Positions 19,200-30,623 of a stretch of 64,000 nt of DNA are shown in pieces; position 1 is the first letter of the stretch; every line of letters starts with the position of its first letter. The stretch covers positions 3,279 through 67,278 of the forward strand of contig JAWKJM010000007.1 in NCBI GenBank assembly GCA_041393775.1, given 5' to 3'. Made by a program: the position numbers and the translations under genes. The DNA comes from Candidatus Nanopelagicales bacterium. Lineage in GTDB: Bacteria; Actinomycetota; Actinomycetes; S36-B12; UBA10799. A model generated the notes under the pieces. The model was not told the DNA's origin and searched no databases. It saw only the letters and a list, made by a program, of their open reading frames with translations.

Positions 19200-19895
19200 A
19201 TGGACAAGACGCTCTACATCGACAAGGACGGCAGGCCGCAACTCGGAAGGGTCGCACGGCCTGGAACAATGTGGCGGACCCTCACGCGGCTGCTGAGCGG
19301 AGTCTGCGTGGGTGTCGTAGGGGTTGGGGTGCTTGCCGTTCCCTCGCAGGGCAGGGACACCGCAGGCGGCGATGGGGCGCTGACCGCGCGCCGAGCCGCT
19401 TTCAAGCCTCCCAAGCCGGGCCCGTGGCACTTCATAGATCCCTTCAAGGACTCCAGCGGCACCTTCAAGGTGAAGGCAGGCAAGCGCGGGAAGCCGTCCA
19501 AGGTGACGAACGTGCGCTTCGACATACTCGCGCAGGACAACGGCTACTTCTGCCCGGCTCCGGGCCAGACGGTGAAGATCAAGGGCAGGTTCAAACTGCG
19601 CAAGGCGATCAAGTACAACAAAGGCGACCTCTCCGGATCACCGTGGATGCTGGCTGCCAAGGACGCCCCGTACAGTACCGACCATCCGAACCTCGTGGGG
19701 ATGCGGCCGGTGGAGACCACGGCCAAGGTCGGGTCCGACACGCGCTTCGTTCAGCTCGCGATGTACTTCGTTCAGGACCGGCGGAACAAGCCGCACTCCG
19801 TGAGCGTCGGGATGCGGTTGGCGCCACCCGGGAGCAAGGACCTCTCGGATGGCTGGTGCATCTTCGAAGGCGACGGCAAGCCCGGCAAGGCGTAG
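19200..19895 (+). CDS. secreted hypothetical protein (Lys-rich)
   Basis: A signal-peptide-like stretch MWRTLTRLLSGVCVGVVGVGVLAVPSQG begins at ATG 19269. ATG 19200 has the better SD (GAGAGAGG). The start is therefore ambiguous. No family recognised. Confidence 0.55.
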   Translation: MDKTLYIDKDGRPQLGRVARPGTMWRTLTRLLSGVCVGVVGVGVLAVPSQGRDTAGGDGALTARRAAFKPPKPGPWHFIDPFKDSSGTFKVKAGKRGKPSKVTNVRFDILAQDNGYFCPAPGQTVKIKGRFKLRKAIKYNKGDLSGSPWMLAAKDAPYSTDHPNLVGMRPVETTAKVGSDTRFVQLAMYFVQDRRNKPHSVSVGMRLAPPGSKDLSDGWCIFEGDGKPGKA

Positions 19896-19933
19896 CCAGC
19901 GGTTCAGCCCGGGAGGTGGGACAGGGAAGCGCG

Positions 19934-20278
19934 ATGAGGGACGCAGAGGTACAACCTGAGACCAAAGGTGTCACGGTGGAGTTGGTCGCATCGGTTGACC
20001 TCGGTCCCGAGATCGAGGGGATGGCGGGTCTGCAACTCCGAACCCGAAAGGTGACCATCGAGCCCGGAGGCGTCTTCGGCCCAGTCCACGATCACAAGGG
20101 CAGACCGGGCACCGTCTACATACTGCAGGGAACGATCACTGACCATCGCGATGGAGTCGCGACCGATTATGGCCCCGGACTGGGCTGGCCTGAGGACAGG
20201 AACACCACCCACTGGTTGGAGAACCGGGGAACGATCCCCGCTGTGGAGATCTCGGTCGACATTGTCAAGCAGGCATAG
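19934..20278 (+). CDS. small cupin-domain protein
   Basis: 114 aa. It contains TIEPGGVFGPVHDHKGRPGTVYILQGTI...THWLENRG. This is the in-frame tail of ORF 19271..20278. Confidence 0.6.
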   Translation: MRDAEVQPETKGVTVELVASVDLGPEIEGMAGLQLRTRKVTIEPGGVFGPVHDHKGRPGTVYILQGTITDHRDGVATDYGPGLGWPEDRNTTHWLENRGTIPAVEISVDIVKQA

Positions 20279-20413
20279 CCCCGGTCGGGCCTCTGGGAAT
20301 ACGTGCCATCGCAGATCGAACGCAAATGTGGTCAGGTGGGGGAGTGGCCGCGCACCCACCCAGCGGTTGTCACAAGTGACAGGAAGTGGTCCGGCGCGCT
20401 GGATCCGCTGTGC

Positions 20414-20823
20414 TCAACTTGCTGGGGCGTTCATCTGCGCCATCGCAGCGGCCATGTCCATGACGCCCCAATGGGCAACGGCCTTGTCGTCGCGGAACTC
20501 AATGATGTCGATGACGCTCCACTCCACTCGGTTGCCGCTCGCAGGCAACCTCATGAACTCGCCCTGCTGGGTACCGCTGAACGTCACGCGGGCCACAACC
20601 ATGTCGCCGTCCTGCAGGAGCTCGTGCACCGCGGCCCTGAAGTTAGGGAAGGCCGCGATCATGATCTTGAACAACCGCCGGGGCGTGTCCCGGGTGTTGT
20701 CCATCCCAGGGATGGCCTCGTGCTCGACGAAATTGCCATAACGCGGTCGATCAGGGCGTCGACGTCTGCGTCGCCGGTCATGGAGTCGAACATGTCTTGC
20801 GCTAGGGCCTTGTTGTCGGACAT
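20414..20823 (-). pseudogene. SnoaL-like/ester-cyclase family gene with an apparent 1-nt frameshift
   Basis: ATG 20823 has a GAAGGGA SD and opens MSDNKALAQDMFDSMTGDADVDALIDR. The rest of the domain (YGNFVEHEAIPG...VIDIIEFRDDKAVAHWGVMD) continues in another frame from about 20745. The 410-nt span is not a multiple of 3. Confidence 0.6.
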
Positions 20824-20849
20824 CGCGCTGTCCCTTCGATTGTTTGATG

Positions 20850-20895
20850 CACGTGTACCTAAGGGTTAGGTTCACCTAACCCTTAGGTACACGTG
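20850..20895. promoter_or_regulatory. Perfect 22-bp inverted repeat (operator or terminator)
   Basis: CACGTGTACCTAAGGGTTAGGT, then tc, then ACCTAACCCTTAGGTACACGTG. It lies 27-72 bp upstream of the SnoaL-like ATG and 88 bp downstream of the membrane-protein stop. Confidence 0.5.
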
Positions 20896-20982
20896 ACCCC
20901 GTGCCCGAACAAGGGTGCGACGAGGAGGACTTACCAGGTGCGACTCGACGCCGGTGATCGCCGGACCTGCCCGCCCCGGACC

Positions 20983-22194
20983 TCACGACGACTCGGTCTG
21001 CACGGCGGAGTCCGCAGTGGAACCGTGCGCGGAATCCCTACCGCCGGACAATGCGCCCGCGAGCACCGTCACGATCAAGCCCAGCAGCGCAGGCCAGCCG
21101 AACTCGAGGTCTCTTGTGACGATCAACGCGATGATGGCCACCACGGCGACCGCCAGTCCGATGACCGCCCGGGCAGGCTCGCGGCCCATCATCAACGCAC
21201 CCGCCGGCCCTGCCACCAGAAGAGCCAGCACGACCGCGGTCCGTTCGCTGCCAGGAGCCAGTGCGGCGATGACCACCGCGATGGCCACCCCACCGACCGG
21301 GAGTGACCACCGCGGGCTCGCCACATCATCGGGGTCTGCTGCCAGGGTGGCGACGAGGTTGCCGATCGGGGCGGCCATCATCATTGAGATCACCAGCATC
21401 GCCAAGAACAGTCCGCCTGGGATCAAATCGACGTTGGCGGGCAGGACGAAGAACTGCAGGGACGGCGCGAAGAAGGAGCCGCCGTAGAACAGCGCCATCC
21501 CCGCGAGCAGGACGACCACGAGACCGGCGGTGACGATCACCCCGACCACCCGGGAGCGTGGAGATGCCTCGGAGGCGAAGACGCGAGTCGCCGGGTCATT
21601 GAGCCCGATCACGAGTGCGCCTGCGGCGAGGAACAGCAGGCCGACCCCAGGAATGCCAGGACTGGAGACCACGGGGGAGGCAAGGTCGCTAAGGGTGCCA
21701 AGGAACAGCGCCAACGCCACTACGATCACCGTCACGACCACCAGGGCCCAGAACAGCCACGCACCGAGACGACCGGCTCCACGCAGCCCGCCGATCAGCC
21801 CGATCAGCAGACCGGCAAGTCCCACCGCCACGATCGCCATCACCTGGTTCACCCGGCCGAGCAGTGACAGTGTCTGGCCGGCCGCGATCAGCAGCAAGGT
21901 GGTCAGGCCGAGGGCCGCCACCATGCTCGGCCAACCGCGCGGGGTGACAGGCCTGGAGGTAGCCGTGACAGCCAGGAGCGGGACCACCGTGATCAGGGCC
22001 AGCAACGCGGCGCCCAGCAGATTCACCCCGCCCAGGGTGGCCCACGCCGATGCCACGATCGCGTAGGGGACGGTGGTACTGAACAGCGCCAGAGGTCCGA
22101 TCCGAAGCGGGCGGTCGGGTCGCGCCGCACTCGCGGCCACAACCGCGCCCAGCATGAAGCCCGCTGAGATCCCGAGGGTTACTTGCACGATCAT
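20983..22194 (-). CDS. polytopic integral membrane protein, unknown function
   Basis: 403 aa, almost entirely hydrophobic helices. ATG 22194 lies 5 nt after the stop of the upstream lipase gene, which suggests an operon. Confidence 0.6.
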   Translation of the reverse strand: MIVQVTLGISAGFMLGAVVAASAARPDRPLRIGPLALFSTTVPYAIVASAWATLGGVNLLGAALLALITVVPLLAVTATSRPVTPRGWPSMVAALGLTTLLLIAAGQTLSLLGRVNQVMAIVAVGLAGLLIGLIGGLRGAGRLGAWLFWALVVVTVIVVALALFLGTLSDLASPVVSSPGIPGVGLLFLAAGALVIGLNDPATRVFASEASPRSRVVGVIVTAGLVVVLLAGMALFYGGSFFAPSLQFFVLPANVDLIPGGLFLAMLVISMMMAAPIGNLVATLAADPDDVASPRWSLPVGGVAIAVVIAALAPGSERTAVVLALLVAGPAGALMMGREPARAVIGLAVAVVAIIALIVTRDLEFGWPALLGLIVTVLAGALSGGRDSAHGSTADSAVQTESS

Positions 22195-22199
22195 GGCCG

Positions 22200-23507
22200 T
22201 CACCTGCTCTCGTTCGCGCAATTGGTCGGTGCCGGAATCCCGGCGAAGCGATCGTTCATCCATTGGAAGACGTGCGGGCTGGCCGTACGGGACGTAAGCA
22301 CCACCGTGTAGTGGGTGTCGTCGGGGTAGGTGGCGTAGTAGACCTGATCGCCCCACGCGCAACTGTTCATGACCTGGGCATGGGAGAACTGCGGGACGAT
22401 CGTGACGTCTTCGAGTCCCTGTGTGATGACCGCGGGCTGCGTGAACGGTGTGCCCCCGGGCATGCTCATGGCGAGGGCCTTGACGATGCCGGGGTCCAGG
22501 GGCTGCTGCAACATGTCGGCCAGCGGGATGTCCTCCACCCGCTTGGACAGATCATCGCCGCAGTACTGGTCGAGCAGTGGCAAGCGCTTCTTGCCCTCCT
22601 CGGTCAACACATTGTCGAGGTTCACAAGGTCGGGGTAGCTGTCGGCATAGGACTTCACGATCAGCAACAGGAACATGTTCTGCGCGGTACTGGTCGGATT
22701 CGAGGCGATGAGGTTGATGGCTCCGGGGATCGGGGCAACCACTCCCAACGCCATGGCGATGCCGCCCTTGATGTCGAGTTCGGGGGCGTATTCCGGGGCG
22801 AGTTCGAGGGTCGACAGTGCCGCGCTGCCCCCTTGCGAACTTCCATAAACCCCGACTTTGTTCGTGTCGATCGGGGTCGAGCCGGTCGTTGGATCCTGCA
22901 CGGCCACCGCGCGTATGGCGTCCAGTGCGCCGCGGGCCTCCAAGGGGCCGACGAGGTAGGAGTTCGGTCCTGGTGCCCCCATTCCTGAGTAGTCGGTGGC
23001 CACAACCGCCCAACCCTGCTCGGCCGTCGGCTTCAGGAACCGCGCGAAGTGCGAGTAACCGGGAGTGTTCGGTTCGAAGGGAGACTGACTCATTCCGCAG
23101 GCGCGCCCGATCCCGGTCGTCCCGTGTGTGTAACTGACAAGGGGCCAGCCACTTGGCGGGGGTGGCTTGTCCGGTACGACGTACAGACCGGTGACCGGTA
23201 TGTCGTTGCCCTGCAGATCGGTTGAGTGGTACATGATCCGATAAGTCTTCACCCCGTCGGGTCCACCCTGAACGGTCTCCGCCTTGATCAGGTCGCCCGG
23301 TTCGCCGTCGGGCAGGGAAGCGGCATCGACGTCGTAGAAGGGTGCGACCGCCGGGCTCTTCGTGATGAAGGTGTCGGCCGGCTCCGCATCCTCGATACTG
23401 GCCGCTGTCACGTCCACCAAGTAGGGCGGCGGCGCGGTGGCGAGCAACGCCGCGCCCAGGACGACGGGAACGGCGATGGCGGCTGCAAATCGGCTGCCGC
23501 GGTTCAT
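22200..23507 (-). CDS. secreted lipase (secretory-lipase LIP-like alpha/beta hydrolase)
   Basis: Signal peptide MNRGSRFAAAIAVPVVLGAALLATA. Nucleophile motif VYGSSQGGSA. An AAGGAGGG SD precedes ATG 23507. Confidence 0.8.
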   Translation of the reverse strand: MNRGSRFAAAIAVPVVLGAALLATAPPPYLVDVTAASIEDAEPADTFITKSPAVAPFYDVDAASLPDGEPGDLIKAETVQGGPDGVKTYRIMYHSTDLQGNDIPVTGLYVVPDKPPPPSGWPLVSYTHGTTGIGRACGMSQSPFEPNTPGYSHFARFLKPTAEQGWAVVATDYSGMGAPGPNSYLVGPLEARGALDAIRAVAVQDPTTGSTPIDTNKVGVYGSSQGGSAALSTLELAPEYAPELDIKGGIAMALGVVAPIPGAINLIASNPTSTAQNMFLLLIVKSYADSYPDLVNLDNVLTEEGKKRLPLLDQYCGDDLSKRVEDIPLADMLQQPLDPGIVKALAMSMPGGTPFTQPAVITQGLEDVTIVPQFSHAQVMNSCAWGDQVYYATYPDDTHYTVVLTSRTASPHVFQWMNDRFAGIPAPTNCANESR

Positions 23508-23792
23508 ATGACCCTCCTTGCCGGGTGGCGCTCACGGTAGTCGAGTGATCGAGCGGCATGCGCGTCGTGCGGATGTGGGTGATCTAGGTCTAGGTGACCC
23601 CCCTATCGGCGCACACGATCGTCCGTGACTTCGGCCTCGGAGGGTCAGTGCAGTCGTTGCCGGGTTTGGCGTAGCACTTACCGCGGCAGAGGACCGGGAG
23701 GGCCCATTTCGTCCCAACTGCCCAGTCCAGGCCCGGTCGCGGGGGCTGGTTGTAGTGCTCACCTGAGTTGTTGACGGCGTGGCGGCTTGAAC

Positions 23793-24082
23793 AGGTCGTG
23801 TACTTGGTGGCCGCAGGATTTGGCGGTTCTCTAGTCCGAAAATGGCTCGTGTGCTCGGTCGCCGCAGAAGTTGGCCGCGAGGTTAGAGAATGGTCGCGAG
23901 GTTAGAGATCGTGCACGAGGTTAGTGAACGCACGTGTGGCTTCTCTAACCTCGTGCACGTTCTCTAACCCGAGCGATCTCCGCCCGGCATTTCCCCGCAT
24001 GAACGCCGCGGCCGGCCACGGCCATGGACCACTAACGCCAGCGATCTCCGCCCGGCATTTTTCCGCTTGAACCGGCCGCCCA
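23793..24082 (-). repeat. Family A repeat, copy A3
   Basis: One partial and one full T-unit, a core at 23879-23968, and 1.5 S-units of the 68-bp variant. Confidence 0.9.
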
Positions 24083-24111
24083 GGCAACACCATCGTGGCT
24101 GCCGAGAACAC

Positions 24112-24657
24112 CTAGTTCCGGGTCTTGATGTAGGCGTACTTGTTCGCGAGGGTGCCGTCCCAGCCGGTGTCGTCGAAGTAGTTCCCGCCGGGTGCGATGT
24201 CGACGGCTCCCTCACCGCAGGTCACCGCCTGGAAGCCGACCTTCTTCGGCTTGCCGATCTTCTTCAGTGGCACCTGCCACTCGAGAGCCTTCTTCCGATC
24301 CTTCACCTTGGTCTTCGCAACGTCAGGTGTGTACGAGTTGTTGGCCGTCTTGGAGAGTCCTCCGGATTCGTCGAGGCGGTACTCGGGATCGGACCTCTTG
24401 CTGCCCTTGGTGTTGAGGCGCAGGGTGGTGTTAGGCACTTCCGTCTTGCCGCGGTGTGTCACCTTGATGACCAGCGTGTTGCCCTGGACGGTCGCTTCCA
24501 CCGCTCTGATGTCACAGCGCTTGTAGACCTCGGCCGGGTAGAGCGACCCCTTGTCCTTGGGGTCCTTGACCGTCTTGGTCGCGGCGTCCGCAGTGCCGGC
24601 GCTCGCGATGAGGGCGAAACCCGCCAGAACGGCGGTGAGTGCGTACTTGCTTGACAT
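24112..24657 (-). CDS. secreted hypothetical protein (Lys-rich)
   Basis: 181 aa. Signal peptide MSSKYALTAVLAGFALIASAGTADA. A GGGAGA SD precedes ATG 24657. No family recognised. Confidence 0.6.
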   Translation of the reverse strand: MSSKYALTAVLAGFALIASAGTADAATKTVKDPKDKGSLYPAEVYKRCDIRAVEATVQGNTLVIKVTHRGKTEVPNTTLRLNTKGSKRSDPEYRLDESGGLSKTANNSYTPDVAKTKVKDRKKALEWQVPLKKIGKPKKVGFQAVTCGEGAVDIAPGGNYFDDTGWDGTLANKYAYIKTRN

Positions 24658-25068
24658 GTCAGTCTCCCTGTCCGCGGCAATTGGGGGCCAGTCAACCAGG
24701 ACGGACAGGCTGGCACAAGGGACGAACAGTCGAGATGACGAGATCTGGGCATGCTGGTGCATGCAATCTCGCCGCGCTGCACAGGCAGTTCGCCGCCAGG
24801 GCCCAACAGCCCGTACTGCGCGAAGGGGTAGTCGGAGGCGGCGTACCCGAGACCGCATCCCAGGTCGCGCTCACGCAGTCGGGACTGGAGTGGGAGTGCA
24901 TGCAGGTCTCATTGTCATCGACCGCGGGATCACTCGGACGTTCACCACAGCCGGCGGCAAGGGCTTTCCGCTTACCATCCTCACGAGGCCCGGCAGCTGC
25001 TGACAGCACGACGGGAGAAGCGGCTCATGGGTCCGTCGGGTCGCCCCGGGCGACTCAGCAGGATCGGG

Positions 25069-26511
<1,443 letters not shown>

Positions 26512-26636
26512 TCAACTCTCGGTCGGCGCGACGGTGCCGGTCGACCGTTGGACGAGGTGGCGGTCGACCATTCTGCTGTGCGACGAGGGGATGCCGCAAG
26601 CCCTCATTGCTCCCTGTGGCGGGGGTGCTTCACCGC

Positions 26637-26764
26637 GGCGGTCTTTGTGACGAAGGTGCGTGGATGTCCCGGGCTTCGTGACGAAGTCGCGGGGTCTGAA
26701 GGCCGTGGAGCCCCCAACTTCGTAACAGACCGCCCTGTGGACCCTCAACGTCGTCACAAACGCC
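26637..26764. repeat. Family B repeat, B4
   Basis: Arms TTTGTGACGAAGGTGCG, TTCGTGACGAAGTCGCG, CAACTTCGTAACA and CAACGTCGTCACA. Flanked by GGCGGTC/GACCGCC. Confidence 0.9.
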
Positions 26765-27286
26765 GCGTACAGCACCGATGAGTCGTCGTCCGACCAGCGG
26801 GGTCCATACCGCAGCTGAGGCCCAGCATGTGACGGTTGTCGAAGATCCGTACTCGCAGGACGGACCTGCGAGTCCGAAAGGCGAGTACTCGAACTCGACT
26901 TCGAAGCGGTGGTCCTTGACGGTGGCGGAGAAGTCACGAATCCCGGACCCGAATGGAAGGTCCTGGACCGTGAAGCCTGCCGCCGGACTGCGTGTCGACC
27001 GTGATCCGTGGCCTTTCCGGCGAGTACGCCCCCAAGACAATCCCCGGATCGTGGAGCTGGACCAAACCAACGATGCGATCGCGACGAGCGTCCCGGTCAG
27101 CGCCGCAGCGACAACGCCGTTTGACAATTCGTGGGCAATCGCGTGACCGGGCCCAAGACAGCACTAGCCCTGTTCTCAGGCTGAACGACACAGTTGTCGA
27201 CACTGTCTCCCGGACCAGCGACACCCGCGGAACGAACTCCTTCAGGGTCCGCCTGTGGTCGGGAGAAGGCCGGGTCACACGATGGG

Positions 27287-28132
27287 TCAGTTTTGGGGTA
27301 GCGGGTCGACAGTAGGTGTCCAGCCCGGGTGCCGGAAGAGGTAGCCGGCCCGGTGCCGCCAGGTCCGGGCCCCGCCCAGGTCGCGTCCTATGGCAGCCCA
27401 CTCGTGCAGGGCCACCCGCACCGGGTGAAAGGTGTTGATGTTCTTGGTCAAGCCGTAGCGCACCCGCTCGTCCTCGGCCTCGAACGTGTTCAGCAGGCGG
27501 TCCCAGATGATCAGGATGCCGCCGTAGTTCTTGTCGAGGTATGCGGCGTTGGAGCCGTGATGAACCCGGTGGTGCGAGGGTGTGTTGAACACGAACTCGA
27601 TCGGCGCCCAGAGCTTGTCGACTCGCTCTGTGTGGATGAAGAACTGGTACAGCAGGCTGATGGACTGCTGCAGGATGATCATCCAGGGCGAGAATCCGAG
27701 GACTGCCAGTGGCAGCCAGTACGGCAAGGCCGTCATCGGTACCCATGGCTGCCGCAAAGCCGTGGACAGGTTGAAGTACTCGCTCGAGTGATGCACAACG
27801 TGGCTGGCCCAGAAAACGCGGATCGTGTGATGGGTGCGGTGGTACCAGTAGAAGGCCAAGTCGTCGAGGAAGAAGAGTGCCAGCCAGGTGAGCGGGTTGT
27901 TCGCCGGAAGGTGGATCGGCGAGACGGAGTAGAGTGCGGCGTACACTGCGATCACGACGAGTTTCCACCCGAGGTTGATCGCCACGTTGCCCAGTCCCAT
28001 CGAGATGCTGGTCGCCGAGTCGCGGAGTTCATATCCCAACTCGTCGTCATCCGGTCGCAGGTAGTACGACGCCGCCTCGATGGCGAGCAGCAGGACGAAT
28101 ACGGGGATCGCTGCCTGGATGAGGTCGAACAT
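27287..28132 (-). CDS. fatty-acid hydroxylase / sterol desaturase family membrane protein
   Basis: His boxes HRTHH, HVVHH and HHRVHH are present. An AGGAG SD is present. Confidence 0.85.
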   Translation of the reverse strand: MFDLIQAAIPVFVLLLAIEAASYYLRPDDDELGYELRDSATSISMGLGNVAINLGWKLVVIAVYAALYSVSPIHLPANNPLTWLALFFLDDLAFYWYHRTHHTIRVFWASHVVHHSSEYFNLSTALRQPWVPMTALPYWLPLAVLGFSPWMIILQQSISLLYQFFIHTERVDKLWAPIEFVFNTPSHHRVHHGSNAAYLDKNYGGILIIWDRLLNTFEAEDERVRYGLTKNINTFHPVRVALHEWAAIGRDLGGARTWRHRAGYLFRHPGWTPTVDPLPQN

Positions 28133-28160
28133 GTGGGGCTCCTGCGGTGTCTCGACTGGC

Positions 28161-28841
28161 TCAGCGGTGGGCCAGTAGTTGCTCTGCTAGATGGCGGGCG
28201 GTGTCGGGATCGCGGTCCGCGATCGCGCGGGCCAGTGTCTGGTGGGCGTCGCGATCCGCGAATTCTTCGAGCAGACCTGCGAGATGCTCGTGGCCGATGG
28301 CGAAGATCCCGGCACTCAGGGTGTTGAGCCCGAGCCGGTAGCCCAGGTTGTCGGCACCATCGACCACGGCGGTCCAGAAGACCAGGTCGACGGCCGTGAG
28401 TTCGGGGACGGGGGACTGCTGCGCCGGGTAGGCCTCCGCGGCGGCTAGCACCTTGGCCACCTGGTCGGGCTTGGCCCGGATCGCGCAAAGGCGAGCAGCG
28501 TCCGCACCCACCGACGCCCTCATTTCCAGCAGGTCGTCGAGCACTTTGGTCGACGGCACCGCCCCGCTGGTCGCAAGCGCCACGAGGGCATCCAGCCCGG
28601 CGTGTTGATGCCAGTCGAGAACCCGCGTGCGCCCGCCCTGCGAGATCGACACCAGGCCCGTCTGCTGGAGCCTTTTGAGCGCCTCCCGGACCGCGTGCCG
28701 ATTGACTGCGAACGCCTCGGCCAGTTCACGCTCCGAAGGCAGGGCCTGCTCAGCAGCGAGCCGGCCACTGAGAATTTCGTCGGTGAGAGCGGCGAACACG
28801 GCCTCACTGACCGCGGCCCGGGCGATCGGCGTGAACGGCAT
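28161..28841 (-). CDS. GntR family transcriptional regulator (FadR/FCD subfamily)
   Basis: The N-terminal wHTH reads LPSERELAEAFAVNRHAVREALKRLQQTGLVSISQGGRTRV. The C-terminal domain is all-helical. Its stop lies 28 nt upstream of the desaturase start. Confidence 0.85.
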   Translation of the reverse strand: MPFTPIARAAVSEAVFAALTDEILSGRLAAEQALPSERELAEAFAVNRHAVREALKRLQQTGLVSISQGGRTRVLDWHQHAGLDALVALATSGAVPSTKVLDDLLEMRASVGADAARLCAIRAKPDQVAKVLAAAEAYPAQQSPVPELTAVDLVFWTAVVDGADNLGYRLGLNTLSAGIFAIGHEHLAGLLEEFADRDAHQTLARAIADRDPDTARHLAEQLLAHR

Positions 28842-28906
28842 GTGAAGAACCTAGGAGGCTTCACGGCACTTGTCAACTTGTTGGACCAGTAGTGCCACCG
28901 CGTCTT

Positions 28907-28960
28907 CGACTTTGGTCGGATGTGGTCACCCAATGACCGGATGTGACCAAGGTCCCCGTG
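28907..28960. promoter_or_regulatory. Four-half-site GGTCA/TGACC palindrome, copy 1 (candidate GntR operator)
   Basis: CGACTTTGGTCGGATGTGGTCACCCAATGACCGGATGTGACCAAGGTCCCCGTG. The half-sites are phased at exactly 10 bp. It lies in the divergent gap between the GntR gene and the beta-lactamase-family operon. Confidence 0.55.
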
Positions 28961-29174
28961 GTTGCGCCTGGGTGTCCCGCGCGTTCCGGGTGGCACAATC
29001 CAGAAGGCCGTCGGACAGCGCCCTGGGGCGGTGGTCGACGAGTGGATCCGTGACTCCCACGTTGATAACGTCGAACCTGGGTCTTCCCAAACCGAGCGCA
29101 GACGGCGTGACTGGAGGGACGGTCAGCCGGATCGCCTCCCCGGATGCACGTCGGGGAAGGAAGCCGTGAGGTCT

Positions 29175-30623
29175 ATGGCGGTCGAGCTGGATCTGGGGCA
29201 CGTCGTCGACGAGATCCGGCATCACCATCCCTGTGTGGCAATGGCCATCGGGGTGGTGACTCCCGAGGGTTCGCAAGTGGCGGTGAGTGGTCCTGCAGAC
29301 ATCGGGAGCCGTGAAGCGGCAACTGCGCAGACCGCATTCCGCGTGGCTTCGATCACCAAGACCTTCACCGCGGTCGGGCTGATCCAGCTCTGGGAGCAAG
29401 GGCTGGTGGACCTCGATGCTCCGGCGGAGAACTACCTGCAAACCATCCGCCTGGGCGGGAAGATGTCGAACCCGGTGACCGTTCGGCAACTGTTGACCCA
29501 TACGTCGGGCCTGCCCGAGACCCTTTCGGTCCGCGGCCTCGTGCGGCCCGATTTCGGGGAGAGCTGCGCGCCCACCGAGGCGGCGCCGACTCTGGCTGAG
29601 TTCTACGGGCGACGCCTGGACACGGTGACCGACCCTGGGACCACGTTCTGCTACACGAATCACGGACCGGCCCTGATAGGGCAGATCCTCGAAGACGTCA
29701 CCGGGCAGGCGCTGGAGGACTACCTGGTCGCCCACGTGTTCGCGCCGTGGGGCATGACCGGCAGCGACCTTTCCCAATCCCGCAGGCCACGGGCAGGCAG
29801 AGCCACGGGGTACCGGCTGACCTCTCGGGGGCCCAAAGCTGTGGCCGTGCGTGACATGGTCACGGCCGGTGCGGCGGCGGCGTGGTCCACCCCCGCCGAC
29901 ATGGTCCACTATCTGGAGGCTCTGCTCGGCGGAGGGCGGAATGAGCACGGCGCGGCCCTCCACCCGGACACGCTCGACTTCATGTTCGCCCCGCACTACC
30001 AACCCGATCCCCGGATCCCCGGCATGGGACTCGGCTTCATGCGGGGCGAGGTCGATGGCCACAAGGTGGTGGAACATCAAGGGATCATTCCTGGTTTCGA
30101 CTCCCATCTGATCCTGGCCCCAGATGACGGAGCCGGTGTCTTCGCCGTGACGACCGGGGCACGGCTCGCGATGTTCTGGCTACAGGCTGAGACCTCCCGG
30201 TTGTTGCGCCGCCTGATCGGGGCTGGCCCGGACATCGTCCCCACCGATGTTCCCCAACGCCCAGACGTGTGGCCGGAGCTCTGCGGGCGCTATTGGGTGC
30301 CAGGCACATTTCGCGACCTCCGGTTGCGCTCCATCGTGGGTGCAGGCGTGCAGGTCCGCGTTCGCGGCGGGCGCCTCGTGCTCGGTACCCTCAACCCCGT
30401 CCCCACGTTGTTCAAGGGCGTCGAACTGCTTCCCGGCAGCACCGAAGATCCGTACTGCTTGCGATTCGATCTCACGGGCTTGGGGTTGGGGACCGGTGGA
30501 GTGGTCTTCGATCCCGACTCCAGTTCGGGTGACACCGCGATGCACCTGGAGTTGATGCCACTGACCGCGTACCGGCGGTCCCGGCGTGAGCTGCGGAAGC
30601 GGTGGCCGGGGGGTGCCAGGTGA
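29175..30623 (+). CDS. serine hydrolase, beta-lactamase (class C/esterase) family
   Basis: S-x-x-K motif (FRVASITKTF) and Y-x-N motif (YTNHG) are present. Start moved to ATG 29175 (MAVELDLGHVV). Confidence 0.8.
   Translation: MAVELDLGHVVDEIRHHHPCVAMAIGVVTPEGSQVAVSGPADIGSREAATAQTAFRVASITKTFTAVGLIQLWEQGLVDLDAPAENYLQTIRLGGKMSNPVTVRQLLTHTSGLPETLSVRGLVRPDFGESCAPTEAAPTLAEFYGRRLDTVTDPGTTFCYTNHGPALIGQILEDVTGQALEDYLVAHVFAPWGMTGSDLSQSRRPRAGRATGYRLTSRGPKAVAVRDMVTAGAAAAWSTPADMVHYLEALLGGGRNEHGAALHPDTLDFMFAPHYQPDPRIPGMGLGFMRGEVDGHKVVEHQGIIPGFDSHLILAPDDGAGVFAVTTGARLAMFWLQAETSRLLRRLIGAGPDIVPTDVPQRPDVWPELCGRYWVPGTFRDLRLRSIVGAGVQVRVRGGRLVLGTLNPVPTLFKGVELLPGSTEDPYCLRFDLTGLGLGTGGVVFDPDSSSGDTAMHLELMPLTAYRRSRRELRKRWPGGAR

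Noticed and set aside
26630-27127. ORF 26630..27127 (-), 165 aa. It has an N-terminal TM-like helix (VVAAALTGTLVAIASLVWSS) in the otherwise empty gap between the monooxygenase and desaturase genes.
   Set aside because: It has no SD and no family motif. Its 3' third runs through repeat B4, and an equally long ORF exists on the opposite strand. It may be a real small membrane protein, but I cannot support it.
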